Part shown: positions 26,346 to 40,165 of the stretch, piece by piece
Layout: each line of letters starts with the position of its first letter
Numbering within the stretch: position 1 is the first letter of the stretch
Assembly (NCBI GenBank): GCA_964016885.1
Contig: OZ024742.1
Location: 176,204,001-176,268,000, forward strand
DNA: 64,000 nt
Direction: 5' to 3'
Source of the DNA: Eledone cirrhosa
Taxonomy: Eukaryota
Notes under the pieces: model-generated
What the model was told of the DNA's origin: nothing
Seen by the model: the letters and a program-made list of their open reading frames with translations, nothing else
The model's database searches: none
Made by a program: the position numbers and the translations under genes

Positions 26346-27001
26346 TATATATATATATATAGGAAGATGTATGACCCCGACGGCATATCTATGGCTCTGT
26401 CTAGTTTATGTATATGTAAACCTATATATTTTATATACTCCCGTATGGTTGAGTAAAAATTTAGGCAGTATTCGGCTACGCTTTCTAGCAACCAGCCTAC
26501 TCGACGTCAGGCACCAATCATAAGCATTCTGACTTGACCACTGTCCATGTGACAATATTTAGCCATTTTGAATTCGTTTCTGGCGGGGATCATTTAAGAA
26601 AAATCTTTGTCCAATTGAGTTTGTTTCCTGATGATTTCGAAACTCGTGAATTCATCCATGATCGGATATTTCCAAAGAGCGAATGAAACCTCATGGGGTA
26701 GAAACATAATTTTGGTATGTTTATGTACATTTTTTCTTCTAACTTTGATTTTGTACCTAATTGTGTATGGTTGGCTATATGTCTTATCAATTTCTACGGG
26801 CTATTAGAAATACTAGGTAAATCTTCTGTGGCTGTTGATCGCGGATAAAATAGCTATCATTTATTTATCTATTGTTTCTTTATAGGTGCATTTTAAACTT
26901 ATAGCCTCGCTTAATTGATTTTTTTGTGTTTTTTAATTATGCTGATTGGGAGGAGAAATACTGTATGTATTTTATCAAATGATTCTATGGACTTATTTTC
27001 T

Positions 27002-27196
<195 letters not shown>

Positions 27197-27295
27197 GAAT
27201 GAAGTAATTCCGTCGGAAAAGTCCAGGAAAAAAGAGTGCTCTATGTAGGTTACAGAGCTTAATAGTTATGTAATAAACAACATAAGATAATTATA

Positions 27296-27352
27296 TCATT
27301 TACCAGTGGTTTCTTGAAAGCAAAAGAAAGTTGCTTTCAGTCATCAGAATGA
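27296..27352 (-). ncRNA. Hammerhead ribozyme (intact core), inverted pLTR copy
   Basis: tcatt-CTGATGA-c-tgaaagcaa..ttgctttca-a-GAAA-cc-act-gGTA-aatga. Confidence 0.85.
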
Positions 27353-27572
27353 AAAAATCCTGGTGTATTTATTGGCAGTGGATTTTAAAAACAAAAATAT
27401 AATCTATATGAAAGTGAGGCTGGAAAAGGAAGAAGGAAAGGAAACAGAATAAATATAAAAGTAGATAAACACACATGCACAAACACACACACACACACAC
27501 ACATACATATACATACACACATATATACATATATATATACACATATATGTATACACACAGATATATACACAT

Positions 27573-27627
<55 letters not shown>

Positions 27628-28360
27628 CATAGATACATATATACATACATATCCATACATACACATACACACAAATACACATACACACATGCATATATAT
27701 ATATACATATATATATACATATACACACACATATAATCACACATATATACAGACGTACATATACACACATACATACACACATATATACACGCATACATAC
27801 GCACACACATATATAGATATATGTACACACACGTACATACAATTAATTATAATAAAAAATAATAATAAAAAATAAATAAAAATAAAAATAAAAGACAATG
27901 CGAAAGGCCGTCACATCAAAATAAAAAATAAAATAAAAATATACGACTTAAGAAAATTAAATAAAAATTATTATAAAGTTGACAGCGATACAGGAAAGGA
28001 CACAAATAAATAAACACACGTGGTAAGCAATACACACATTTACACATACACATACATACACATACATACACATACATACATATAAATAAAAGCAAATTTA
28101 TTTTGCTTTCAAGAAACCACTGGTAAATGAAATAATTATCTTATGTTGTTTATTACATAACTATTAAGCTCTGTAACCTACATAGAGCACTCTTTTTTCC
28201 TGGACTTTTCCGACGGAATTACTTCATTTATACAGCTCCAACCGGGATTGATTGAAGCATATTCTATATTACATATATGATTGGCACTTTCCAGCCCGAT
28301 TAGTTGAGCACTCTACAGTTTTCATGAATGTAACCAACATACACCATTGTCCTTTATGAA

Positions 28361-30466
28361 TTGGATTATTCAATCAAAAATATACCTACTCCTTCCAACA
28401 CAACTTATACCAAACTGCTTATAGATAAAATCGAACGAGTCCTTAAAAGAATGAGATGGAAGGCAATGGTTTACGATGGACTATTCAGTGCTGATATAAA
28501 TGATTGTTTTGACATAAAATCCCGTAAATACGCACTTAGAATTAAAGACATGGCCAACTTCGAATTTGATATCACTAATTTAATTAGTGATATCAAATTT
28601 CGTAAGTACAATAATAATTTTCAAACTAAATGGTCTAACGATATTTCTAATTTTAAAAATTCTACAAACACTTTTGGTCTTTCCGATAAAACTAAAAACC
28701 TTTTTGAAGTTAATAGTATTTTGTATATCCAACTTTTAACTAATAGTATCACCAACAAATATCAATTAACTAATAATAACACCTACAATGCTATTAATAA
28801 AGAAGCTAAAGAACTAGCTAGTTCTTTAAAAATAGACAACCGGATTGAAAGCCTAGCTAAACTTAAAGCATATATTACCCTTAAAGACCATAAATTATAC
28901 TTTACTAATCGAACTAGTTGTAGACTGATTAACCCGGCTAAATCCGAAGTTGGCCTTGCAAGTAAAAAAATCTTAAGAAAAATAATTCTGCAAATTAGAA
29001 CTAAGACTGACTTATCATAATGGTTAAATACATCCTCCGTTATTTCTTGGTTTAATAATATACAAGGTAAAAATAAGTGTAGATTTACCCAATTTGATAT
29101 TGTTGATTTTTACCCCTCTATTACTGTTTCCTTATTAACTAAAGCCTTAGATTTTGCAAGAACCTTCATTAATATTTCTAAATTAGAAGACATTATCTTT
29201 CATGCTAGGAAAACTCTACTCTTTACTAAGTATTTGGGTTAAAAAGTCAAACCCTTAAAACTCTTTTGATGTTGCAATGGGTTCATATGACAGTTCAGAT
29301 GTGTGTGACTTAGTAGGATTATTCCTTCTACACACCCTCAAAGAGAAATTTCCTTCCCATAATATCGGTTTATACTGTGACAACGGATTGGCAGTTTCTC
29401 ATACCACGGCCAAAACCTTGATGAATTCCGTAAAGATTTAATTAATACTTTTGCTAATCTTAACCTTAAAATTACTATAGATACCAACCTTACCAATGCT
29501 AACTTTCTTGACATTAATCTTGATCTACTTACTGCCTCTTTTAAACCTTATCATAAACCTAACGAAAATCTTAGATATATACACAAAGAGTCTTGCCATC
29601 CCCCTATAGTTTTTAAAAATCTTATTCCCAACATTAACCGTAGGATTTCTACCTTATCTTCGTCTCTAGACATTTTTAACAAAACCGCCCTTATTATAAT
29701 AAAGCCCTTAATAACAGCGGATTTACAGAACACATTAAATATCTACCTACTCTTTCCCCTAAAACTAACAACAATAATAGGAAAAGGAAAATTATTTGGT
29801 TTAAACAACCCCTTCTCTCTAACTGTCAAAACTAATGTAGGAAGGAAATTCCTTGACCTCTTAGACAAACATGTTCCTCCTAATCATAGATATTATAAGA
29901 TATTTAATAGAAATGTAGTTAAAATCAGTTACTCTTGCTGCCCATCAATGAAGTCTAAAATCACCAATTCTAATCGTCCGAGAATAAATCCAGGAATGCA
30001 GTTGCAGGAAGCCGGTTGAATGCACATTACAGGGAAAATGTAATACCAAATCCGTTGTATATGAGGCCAAATTGACACCTTTAATTAACAACCAGCCAGC
30101 CAGGTGTGAACGATATATTGGCATGACTCAGGACAGGTTCAAAACCAGGTTTTATGCACATGTCGCTTCTTTTAAACACTCTGATAAAAGAACAGCAAGA
30201 GCTCTCGCAAATGAGGTGTGGGAATTCAAAGATAAAAATATCCCGTACTCTATCGATTGGTCCATTTTAGACCATTGAGGGAATACCAAAGGGGAACAAT
30301 GAATTGTTCTTTGTGTACCACTGAAAAATTTAGGATTCTACAAAGCTTGAAAGCCACTTCAACTTGCCTGAACTCCAAGACCGAGATCTTCAGATGTTGT
30401 CCTCACCTGAAACCACACCTGATCTGTAACTGGATTGACATTCCTACGATGACTCAACCACCTTGA
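28361..30466 (+). pseudogene. PLE RT + GIY-YIG polyprotein, disrupted by stops and frameshifts
   Basis: YSIKNIP, KRMRWKA, DKTKN, LKDHK..CRLINPAKSEVG, FDIVDFYPSI, FDVAMGSYD, GLYCDNGL (decayed YRDDGL), NFLDI, SCHPP, VKISYSC, CSC..C...GKC, VVY..YIGMT, CSLC..EK, CPH. Confidence 0.92.
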
Positions 30467-30713
30467 ATTTCTTCTCTGCCCTCTACGCCTTATATCCACT
30501 ACGATTTTTATTACTCTCTGAACTCACTTTCTGTACTCTTATTTTCTTTTTCACCCTTATCTTCACTTATATTTAAACCTTTTCCTTATGTTATTTATTT
30601 TACTTATTCCCCCCTACGTTTCCATATTCCCCCTTACCCTTTACGTACCCAGCTTTTTTATTTATAGATATTTATTTCTGTGTGTATGTATGCGTTGTGT
30701 ATATGTGTATATG

Positions 30714-30834
<121 letters not shown>

Positions 30835-31610
30835 GTGTGTGTGTATATAATTTAATATATATTTGTAAGCATAATTACATACTGAGTGATTTAATGTTTA
30901 TTTTCATTGATTATTTTCTCCAGGAACTTGTTGAGTGCTCTGAATCAGCTATAAATATTTATACCTCTATCTATTTATTTATTTATTATTTGTCGTATTT
31001 TCAACTATTTGTTTACCCCTTCCACATTTTTATTTATATATATATATAATATTTATGTATTTTCTCATAAATATATATATATATTTATATGTGTGTATGT
31101 ATATGTGTGTGTGTATATATGTATTTGTGTGTATATATGTGCATATATATATATGTATCTATATATATGTATATGTGTGTGTATATATGTGTGTGTGTGT
31201 GTATGTATATATTTATATGTATGTATCTGTATGTGTATGTGATGTGTAAATGTGTGTATTGCTTACCACGTGTGTTTATTTATTTGTGTCCTTTCCTGTC
31301 AACTTTATAATTTTTATTTTTATTTTCTTATGTCTTATATTTTTTATTTTTTATTTTTATTTTGATGTGACGACCTTTCGCATATATGGTTGTCCATTAT
31401 CTTTAATTTTAATTTTTATTTATTTGTTATTATGTTTTATTCTTAGAATTAATTGTGTGTGTGTGCGTATGTAGGTGTGTGTACATATATCTATATATGT
31501 GTGTGCGTATGTATGCGTGTATATATGTGTGTGTGTATGTGTGTATATGTACGTCTATATATATGTATGATTATATGTGTGTGTATATGTATATATATAT
31601 ATATATATAT

Positions 31611-32760
31611 ATGAAAGGTATAGAAAACATTGTAGAAAAAAGCCAGCAGTATTCCATAATTTATAATATATAAGTGACTATAGCGTCAAAATGGGAAAAA
31701 TAGTTAACGTAAGATGTGGGAAAAATAATTCAAACTCAACTCAAAGAGAATCAGGATATAGATTCATCCACAGAATTTAGTGATATCCAGGGAAAAATCA
31801 ATAGAGCCTTAACTCATGATAAAATAAAGTTTAAAATACTCATCCTTCAATTTGGAAAAACTTCAAATGCTCTGTATAGCCTCAAAGTCTATTTCACGAA
31901 AACTTTCAGTGGAGATGGTCACGGTTGGAATTAGATCCTCAGCAGAGCTCAACTCGATAACCAAAATTTCTCACTGATTAATATGCCAAAAAGGGAATTA
32001 AAAACAGGCTAGTTCACCATCATGCGTGATTATGAAAAATAAAACGCACATGTGGAAAGACAGAGCTGGTGACGTAGAGAATGAGACGAATGTTTGTTTA
32101 CAAGAAACAACAGTCAAAAAACATTCCGAAAAAAACTCTACAATAAGGAGTTCAGCAAAAAGCAATATTATCGCGTTTTTTTTATAAAAAAAATACCTGG
32201 ATTAGTCACAAATAATTTAAGTACTCTAGGAAAGAAATCCGAGTATAAATATATAAATGAAATGTATAGAAAACATTGTAGCAAAAAGCCAGCAGTATTC
32301 CATAATATATAAGTGACTATAGCGTCAAAGTGGGGAAAATAGTTAACGTAAGATGTGGGAAAAATAATTCAAACACAACTCAAAGAGAATCAGGATATAG
32401 ATTCATCCACATAATTTAGTGAAATCCAGGTAAAAATCAATAGAGCCTTAACTCATGATAAAATAAAGTTTAAAATACTCAACCTTCAATTTGAAAAAAA
32501 CTTCAAATGTTCTGTATAGTCTTAAAGACTATTTCACGAAACTTTCAGTGGAGATGGTCACGGTTGGAATTCGATCCTCAGCAGAGCTCAACTCGATAAC
32601 CAAAATTTCTCACTGATTAATATGCCAAAAAGGAATTAAAAACAGGCTAGTTCACCATCATGCGTGATTATGAAAAATAAAACGCACATGTGGAAAGACA
32701 GGGCTGGTGACGTCAGCATGAGATGAATGTTTGTTTACAAGAAACAACAGTAAAAAAACA
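31611..32760. repeat. ~646-bp unit in partial tandem (about 1.75 copies), unclassified
   Basis: 31611-32120 recurs at 32257-32760; bounded by TA tracts. Confidence 0.85.
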
Positions 32761-32872
32761 TATATACATATATATATATATATATATACATATGTATGTA
32801 TATATATATAGGCATGTGTGTGTATTTGTGCGTATGTGTATGTATGTATGTATGTATGTATGTATGTATGTT

Positions 32873-33480
32873 ATGTCAGGTCACCAGTTGGTGCTACTGG
32901 TAACATGTATCCCAGTACAACCTGTCCCATGGTCGGGTTGTTGGCGACTAAACTGGCAACCCCATCAAGGTTTCTTGGTGAGGAGGGTGACTTTGGACAT
33001 CCTGCAGGACTAAAAACAAAACCTGTCAAAGGGCAAAGGAGCTCTTAAGAGTCAATGGCCATCCAAAATCACCGGGAGAGATGACCCCTTAGCCTTTGTC
33101 AAGACAGAATTCTAGGAGAAGGAAAACTCTGATATAACACCTGCAACCCTGATGGTATCCAATGATGTTGACTTGTTCTTCTTTTTGGTAAATATCATCT
33201 TGGTTAAGAGAGTTGGACTGGCTTTGTGCAGTGCCTTTGCTCACTATAAAAGCTTCACGGCACAGGCATTGCTTTATATCTGGAGATCTCTCTGCACTTG
33301 TTGTCACATGGTACCATGGGCCCTGCACTGTGTCAATAATTGTCACAAGTGTAGTGTTTGTACCAGAGTGTTCAAGTCGCTGGCTGGACTAAAAAGTCAC
33401 ACTCGTTCAGCGCATCGGTAGGGGTTCTCCTACATGGATATAAAGTAGTGGCCATACTCAAAAACGAGTTGGCAGCCACT
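32873..33480 (+). mobile_element. Bipartite non-autonomous RTE derivative (5' UTR joined to 3' end)
   Basis: Has the RTE 5' UTR-type motif CTAGGAGAAGGAAAACTCTGA and a terminal C2H2 HKCSVCTRVFKSLAGLKSHTRSAHR*. Short 3' UTR, with (ATGT)n on both sides. Confidence 0.65.
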
Positions 33481-33487
33481 ATGTATG

Positions 33488-33542
<55 letters not shown>

Positions 33543-33795
33543 GTATATGTGTATTTGTATATATGTGTCTGTATATATATGTGTGTATATATATATATAA
33601 TTGTGTATATCTATATATGTATATATGTGTGTATGTATATGTATGTGTGCGTGTGTTTGTGTGTGTGTGTGCATGTGTGTTTATCTACTTTTAAATTTAT
33701 TCTGTTTCCTTTCCTTCTTAATTTTCCAGCCTCACTTCCATATAGTTTATATTTTTGTTTTTAAAATCCACTGTCAATAAATACACCAGGATTTT

Positions 33796-33857
33796 TTTCA
33801 TTCTGATGACTGAAAGCAAATTTCTTTTGCTTTCAAGAAACCACTGGCAAATGAAAT
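33796..33857 (+). ncRNA. Hammerhead ribozyme in terminal pLTR (cleavage triplet GUA>GCA)
   Basis: tttcatt-CTGATGA..GAAA-ccactg-GCA-aatgaaa; sister copies at 27300 and 28120 retain GTA. Confidence 0.75.
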
Positions 33858-33930
33858 AATTATCTTATGTTGTTTATTACATAACTATATATATATATAA
33901 GATCTATATATATATATATATATATATATA

Positions 33931-34288
33931 GAAAAAGAGATGAAATCGAAAATGCAACTGGAGTCTTATTTTTTTAAAAAATATATATATTTATTTGGTT
34001 CCTTTATCGGGTTCGCAGTTCTTCTGCTTTTCAAAAGTAGAGTTGAGATGGAGGGTCTGTGGTTTTTTCTCATATCAGATGTGAGAAAAACCACAGACCC
34101 TCCATCTCAACTCTACTTTTGAAAAGCAGAACTGCGAAACCGGTAAAGGAACCAAATAAATATATATATTTAAAAAAAAAATAAGACTCCAGTTGCATTT
34201 TCGATTTCATCTCTTTTTCTTTATACTTTCACTCGTGTAGGACACCTCGGTTATTTTTCAATTTGTAAAAAAAACCTCACTTTCTAAT
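33931..34288 (+). mobile_element. Near-perfect ~290-bp palindrome carrying a U3-A8 hammerhead, plus a 3' extension
   Basis: Arms 33931-34076 and 34078-34220. Core TTGAAAA-gcag-aa-ctgc-GAAA-ccg-GTA at 34119-34145; (TA)n on both sides. Confidence 0.8.
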
Positions 34289-34845
34289 ATATATATATAT
34301 ATATATATAATTTTAAGTCTGCCTTTCCCTGCTTGCTATATATATAAGGTCCAGCAATGGGACTGGGGGGGAATTTGCCAGACAAAGGATGGGAGGACTC
34401 TTCAGTTGTGTGAATGACATAACAGCTTCCCTAGTATTCCGTGGTTTACATCATAAAGACAGTAAACTGGTTGGTGATAGGAAAGGCCCCAGCCTAGAAA
34501 ACGTGTAAAACAATTAACTGAGAGGACACCTCAGTCATATCAAGGACATTACAACCTCTTTAGTTTTGGTGATCTATGTCATAAATGCACCCAGTACATT
34601 CTGTAATGTGGTTGGTAGTGGGAAGATGTATTCAGTTTTAGAAAGCTTGCCAAACAAAGAGTTGGGAGGACTGTCAATTTTGTCAATGATATGACAATCT
34701 CTCTTGTGCACTTGATAGAATGGGAGCCCATACATAAACGAGACACAGAACCTTGGTCTGTCTGGGAGACTATTGCCTTGTTTCAGTCTGACTTGGTTTA
34801 TGTAGACCTATACAAACCTTGCTAGCAGGAAAAGTAGATGTTAAA

Positions 34846-34889
<44 letters not shown>

Positions 34890-35116
34890 ATAGGGCATAA
34901 TAAAAAATTAAAAAAATATCTACCCAAGGCACCATACAGTGGAACTGAACCCCAAACCATGAGGCTGCAAAACAAACTCCTTAACCACTGAATCATGCCT
35001 ACAGCCATGCTTATTTCATGCCTAACTTGTAATTGATATTATATAATATTTTTCAACAACTTTTAAACATTTATTTAATGTTATATAGAAAAATTATACA
35101 TATGAATATATATATA

Positions 35117-35223
<107 letters not shown>

Positions 35224-37079
35224 AACCAGAAATATGATCTCATATTCTATATAACACATTGTTTGTAATTTGGTGAAATTTGAAATAATATTTTCCAACA
35301 TATTTTGTAAAATTCTTCACAATTTAATTTGGATTATTTAGAATAATTACTCATTCTTCTGTTTTTTCAGCATATATAAATAAGCATATTTCCCTTTTGA
35401 AATTTGATCAATTTGGTGACTTATTTTGTATAAGGTATTTCAAAATATGAAGTATAAAAATGATATTTTGAAAAATTACATATAATTTTTCAAACACAAG
35501 ATTTTTGGAAAACAATTTTTATAATCAGATAATTCATAAAATATAAAACAAATAATAATAATGAAATAAAACAGAAATAAAGTAACTCATAATGTAAACA
35601 ATTTCTTTTTTTTTTGTTATACAGATAATTTATTTTATAAATCTATAATTATGAAATATTCACAATTTTATGGATATTGCTAAAATTATATTTGAAATAT
35701 GTAAGTTTAAATTTGAAGGAATAATAATAGTAACAAAATCATAATAATATTAATAATAATAATAACGGACAATGAGATATCTTTTAAGAAGATCAATATT
35801 TTTCTTTTGGAACAAAAACATTTAGAGATATAAATGTATATATATTGAAGAGATATTTAGAGATTTTTTTGTAAAAAATATTCAAGGAATTGTAATATTA
35901 TGGTAGCCATGACAATTTTTAGATAGTGTTTATATTTCCTTTCTTTTATTATTATTGCAATGCAATGAGGAGTAGACAAAGTTAGTTGTAATTTAACAGC
36001 AGGTCTGTCATGATCCAGCAGAACTTCATTCAGTGATTTCCAGCCATTGCTAGAAAGGAAAATATATGTTAAATGATGATGATGATCAAACTGTGATTAT
36101 CCCATCATATATCCAAGCATAAAGTCGTCTGTAATTCTCATGGTGAATGCATGGATCTACACCAGAAATGTTCACTTTCCAGAATGTAGTTTCCTACATA
36201 AGACCTTAAAGTAGACAAAGGATACTTTAGTCTTGTTGGGATCATGACATTTTCTCTATTACTGGTGTCACAGTAAAATGCTTCCAGTACACTATGTGGA
36301 GTGGTAGTGTTAATGCCATGACAAAATGCACCTAGTACAGATTGTAAATGGGTAGTGCAGGTGGCATGATAAAATATACTCATTACACACTGTAAATTTG
36401 TTGTACTGGTAACATGTAACTAGTACATTCTGCAAAGTATTTGGATTTAGGAAGCTCATCCAACTGTAGAAAGCGTGCTGAAATTTGGAATGTATGAATG
36501 TGACATGGCCCTCACACATGAGGGGAGTAACTCAAAATTAAAACCGATTTTAATTAGCAGTCATTAGAATGTTAGACAGAATGCTTTGTGGTATTTCTTC
36601 TGACTCGTTGCATTCTGAGTTCAAGTCATGCAAAGGTCAACTTTGCCTTTTATCCTTTCTAAGTCAATAAAAAGTTCCAGCCTACTTCTGGGATTGATTC
36701 TTCTTTTCTATCTTCTTGATTCCTCTCTTTCACTCTCTCTCCTTTTTGAAAAATAGGCTGTGTTCAGGCATATAGAGGGGATGGTCTCCACCAGGTTTCA
36801 AATGCCCAAGAAATGCTGTATGTATACATACAATGAAATAATTAACATTTTTAGTAAATCCTTCAATATTCTTCATTTATCATTTGAAATAAAGAGTATC
36901 ACATTATAAAAATGGCCATGAAAGTGTTAAGATGGTAGGGTACATACCTTGAGAAAACCAAATATATTAGTGATAATATTTTAAAATCACAAACCAATAA
37001 ACTATAGAGGTATATTTTGTTGGTGGAGTTTTGTGAAAGTCATAAACTGCAAAGCTTAGGTGAGATCCACAATGGAGTA

Positions 37080-37430
37080 CTACTCACACATCTGGTGATG
37101 CTATTCTTCACACATTTGATGTCACTGTTGCTCCCACATCTGCTGCTGATGATGCTCACACATCTGGTGTTGCTGCAAGATGGTTCTACTATTGGTCACT
37201 CATCTGGTGCTGCTGTTGGATAGTCCTGCTGTGGGATGGTCCTGCTGTTGCTCACACATGTTGTGTTGTTGTTGCTCCTACATCTTCTCTTGCTTTTGTT
37301 CCTACATCTGCTGTTGCTCACACATCTGGTGTTGCTGTGGGGTGGTCTTGTTGTTGATAGAGCTGTTCAGTAGTCAAGCTATTGCTCACACATTCGGGGT
37401 GGTGCTGCTGTTACTGACACAGGTATCTTA
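37080..37430. repeat. Degenerate minisatellite (CTCACACATCTGGTGTTGCTG-like)
   Basis: Motif recurs about ten times with variable spacing. Confidence 0.75.
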
Positions 37431-37449
37431 GATCACATCCAGAAAAAAA

Positions 37450-37920
37450 ACAACTATTCAGCCATCCTTACACACTTCTTAATTACTCAGCGATCCTTGA
37501 GTCCATTTCTTAACTACTCAGCCATGCTTGAATCCACTCCTTTACTACTCATCTATCCTTGAGCCCACTTCTTAACCCTTTCATGGTTGCATTTCTAATG
37601 AAATACACTGTATGTTAATTAATTAATGAAGAATTTGGGGGGATTTACTAAAATTATTGATTATTTCATTACTAAGATAGTAACTTAATATAAGGTTCTC
37701 ATATAAAATGGTTTTAGAAGACTTTAATCTAAAATGGAAACCTTTAAAATGGGTAATTTTATTTTATAGAACCAAGAGCCGATTTTAGCTGGATTGGTAA
37801 CTAAAGGGTTAATTACTCAGCCATGCTCACACACTACGTATTTACTCAGCCATACTTGAATTCACTTCTTAATTACTCAGCCATGCTTACACTTCTTAAT
37901 TATTCAACCATACTTCAGTT
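37450..37920. repeat. Degenerate ~30-bp minisatellite (CACTTCTTAATTACTCAGCCAT)
   Basis: About eight copies, split by the MITE at 37576-37808. Confidence 0.75.
37576..37808. mobile_element. piggyBac-type MITE
   Basis: TTAA|CCCTTT...AAAGGG|TTAA. Removing it restores the CTTAATTACTCAGC repeat unit. Confidence 0.75.
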
Positions 37921-38009
37921 CATTAGTATCTACATTACAGATTAGCCAGGTTGATTCAGTTAACTCATAAATCTTGTAAGGATTTAGCAGAAAATGTTTT
38001 TAAATAAGT

Positions 38010-38590
38010 AAGTTTGTTAATTCAAATGTTTATAGTATCTTACTTGTCAACAGATCACTGTGAAAAGGTATAATAAACTACAGACGTTGATTTTTAATGT
38101 GATGTAGTTATACTGTTGTTATGTCTTACGTGGTTTGTGTGGTTTGTTAATTCAAATATTTCTAGTATATTTGCTAGTGGATACATCATTGTGAAAAACT
38201 GCAGTCTTAGAGAGAATGCTTTAATTTTCCATGTGATGCAACATTGTGATATTTTGTATTCAAGAATATCTTGCTAGAGCAGTTTCATATGGTTTATTAA
38301 TTCAGATGTTTATGGTATTTTACTAGTGGACAGATTGCTATGAAAATTTGGAGTAAACTACAATAAAGTATTTCCTATATAATGTTACAGTCATTGTGTA
38401 GTTTTGTACTTTTCAAGAAAGCCATGATTATTTGGTTTCATGTAGTTTGTTAATTCAAATGTATATATTGTATTTAGTAGTGGACAGATTGTTGTGAAAA
38501 TATGCAGTAAATTAAAGGCCTTAATTTTTAATGTGATGCAACCATAGTGATGTGTTATACTTACCAAAACTGACTAGCTAATGTGGTTAC
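38010..38590. repeat. ~130-150-bp tandem repeat, about 4 diverged copies
   Basis: GTTTGTTAATTCAAAT...TAGTGGACAGAT..TGTGAAAA-like units at ~38012, 38142, 38292 and 38445. Confidence 0.75.
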
Positions 38591-39033
38591 ATGTGGTACA
38601 GGACGTTAAGCAACAATTCTTAGTAGATCCATAGAACAAATGTTTCAATCTAATGTGGTAGTTGATATTATGTTAATTCAATCATACATCTGTGTGTTAG
38701 TCTGTATGTGCATGCATTTGTTTGTCCGTATGTATGTGAGTTCATGTATGTTTGTATGTATGCCGGTACATATTAATGGTGTGGTTGAATGTACAGGTTG
38801 GTGTAGGTGTGTGTGTGTATGTGTATACATGCACATGTGTGTAGTATTTGTATGCATTGTATGTGTGTTTTGTAGCTGTTTGTTTGTGATCACAAGCACA
38901 GATAATATTTAGTATAATACCGTATTTATTAAAACTTATGATAATCAAATTTTGATTATGATTGCATTTTACATATGTATAATTGCTATAATTTCTTGTA
39001 ATTTCCTGTAATTTGTAGGATGCTGTGGTGTAT

Positions 39034-39127
<94 letters not shown>

Positions 39128-39269
39128 AGTCATATAAGTGTGTGTATATATATATATAATATATATATATGTATATACATATAAGTCTGTATATATAAAA
39201 ACAAATAACGAAACGAAATTAAATTTCGTTTCGCTTCTAACTCACTTTTGCATGACTGACGCTTAAACA

Positions 39270-39585
39270 ATTAAGTTAAAGTGTACATCTACATATGTAT
39301 ACGGAAGTATTAGTATGCATATAAATACACACTGATGAGATGTAGTAACATCGAAACTAGTCCAATATTCCTGTCTGGCCCTCTGGAGAATAGAGGAAAT
39401 GTGTTTCCTTGAAAACTCGTATGACTCTAAAACCCGGTCCGTCTGTGTGGTTACATACAGACTAGCTGACACTCACTGTAAAGTGTCTAGTGAAAAACTC
39501 AGTACATCTACATATGTATACATGTGTGTATTTATATGCATACTAATACTTCCGTATACATATGTAGATGTACACTTTAACTTAA

Positions 39586-39586
<1 letters not shown>
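39270..39586 (+). mobile_element. Fold-back element with hammerhead core at 39332-39362
   Basis: Arms 39270-39331 and 39525-39586; CTGATGA-gatgt-agta-acatc-GAAA-cta-GTC. Confidence 0.75.
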
Positions 39587-39660
<74 letters not shown>

Positions 39661-39669
39661 GTATATGTA

Positions 39670-40100
39670 GATTTTGAGTTTATGTTGGTTGTATACCAAC
39701 ACCTCAGTATGCAGGCTGGAGCACTCGACGAAGTGCGCAGGTTGGTTTGGTTACTCCGGAGTAGTGTAAAATAAAGTTAAATAAAAGTCAAATGATTAAA
39801 ATTTAGCTTCGTTTATTACTGCTATATATATTTCAGTGACAGCCATCTTTGGCTGTGACCTCTTCAGGCAGTTTGAATTAGTATGGTATAGACAAGTACA
39901 TATGCTGTTTAGGTGTATGATGGGCATACCAGAGTATTGACAATATCATACACCTAAACAACATATGTACTTGTCTATACCATACTAATTCAAACTGCCT
40001 GAAGAGGTCACAGCCAAAGATGGCTGTCACTGAAATATATATAGCAGTAATAAACGAAGCTAAATTTTAATCATTTGACTTTTATTTAACTTTATTTTAT
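39670..40100. mobile_element. Fold-back element with ~155-bp arms, each containing a hammerhead
   Basis: Arms 39767-39921 and 39945-40099 are almost identical; (TA)n on both sides. Confidence 0.85.
39994..40048 (+). ncRNA. Hammerhead ribozyme (intact); mirror copy at 39818-39872 on the minus strand
   Basis: actgc-CTGAAGA-ggt-cacagcca-aaga-tggctgt-cact-GAAA-tatat-ATA-gcagt. Confidence 0.85.
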
Positions 40101-40124
40101 ATGTATATGTATATATATATATGA

Positions 40125-40165
<41 letters not shown>

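Noticed and set aside
26625-26650. CTGATGA-tttc-GAAA as a hammerhead
   Set aside because: There is no room for stem II and no supporting stems I/III; likely chance.
33340-33421. C2H2 zinc finger as a host zinc-finger gene exon
   Set aside because: A single finger followed by a stop, short UTR and microsatellite tail is typical of an RTE ORF C-terminus.
37017-37431. Leu/His- and Cys-rich ORFs, and a CRISPR-like repeat/spacer appearance
   Set aside because: Explained by a degenerate minisatellite: repeats are not identical, there are no unique spacers or cas genes, and the context is eukaryotic.
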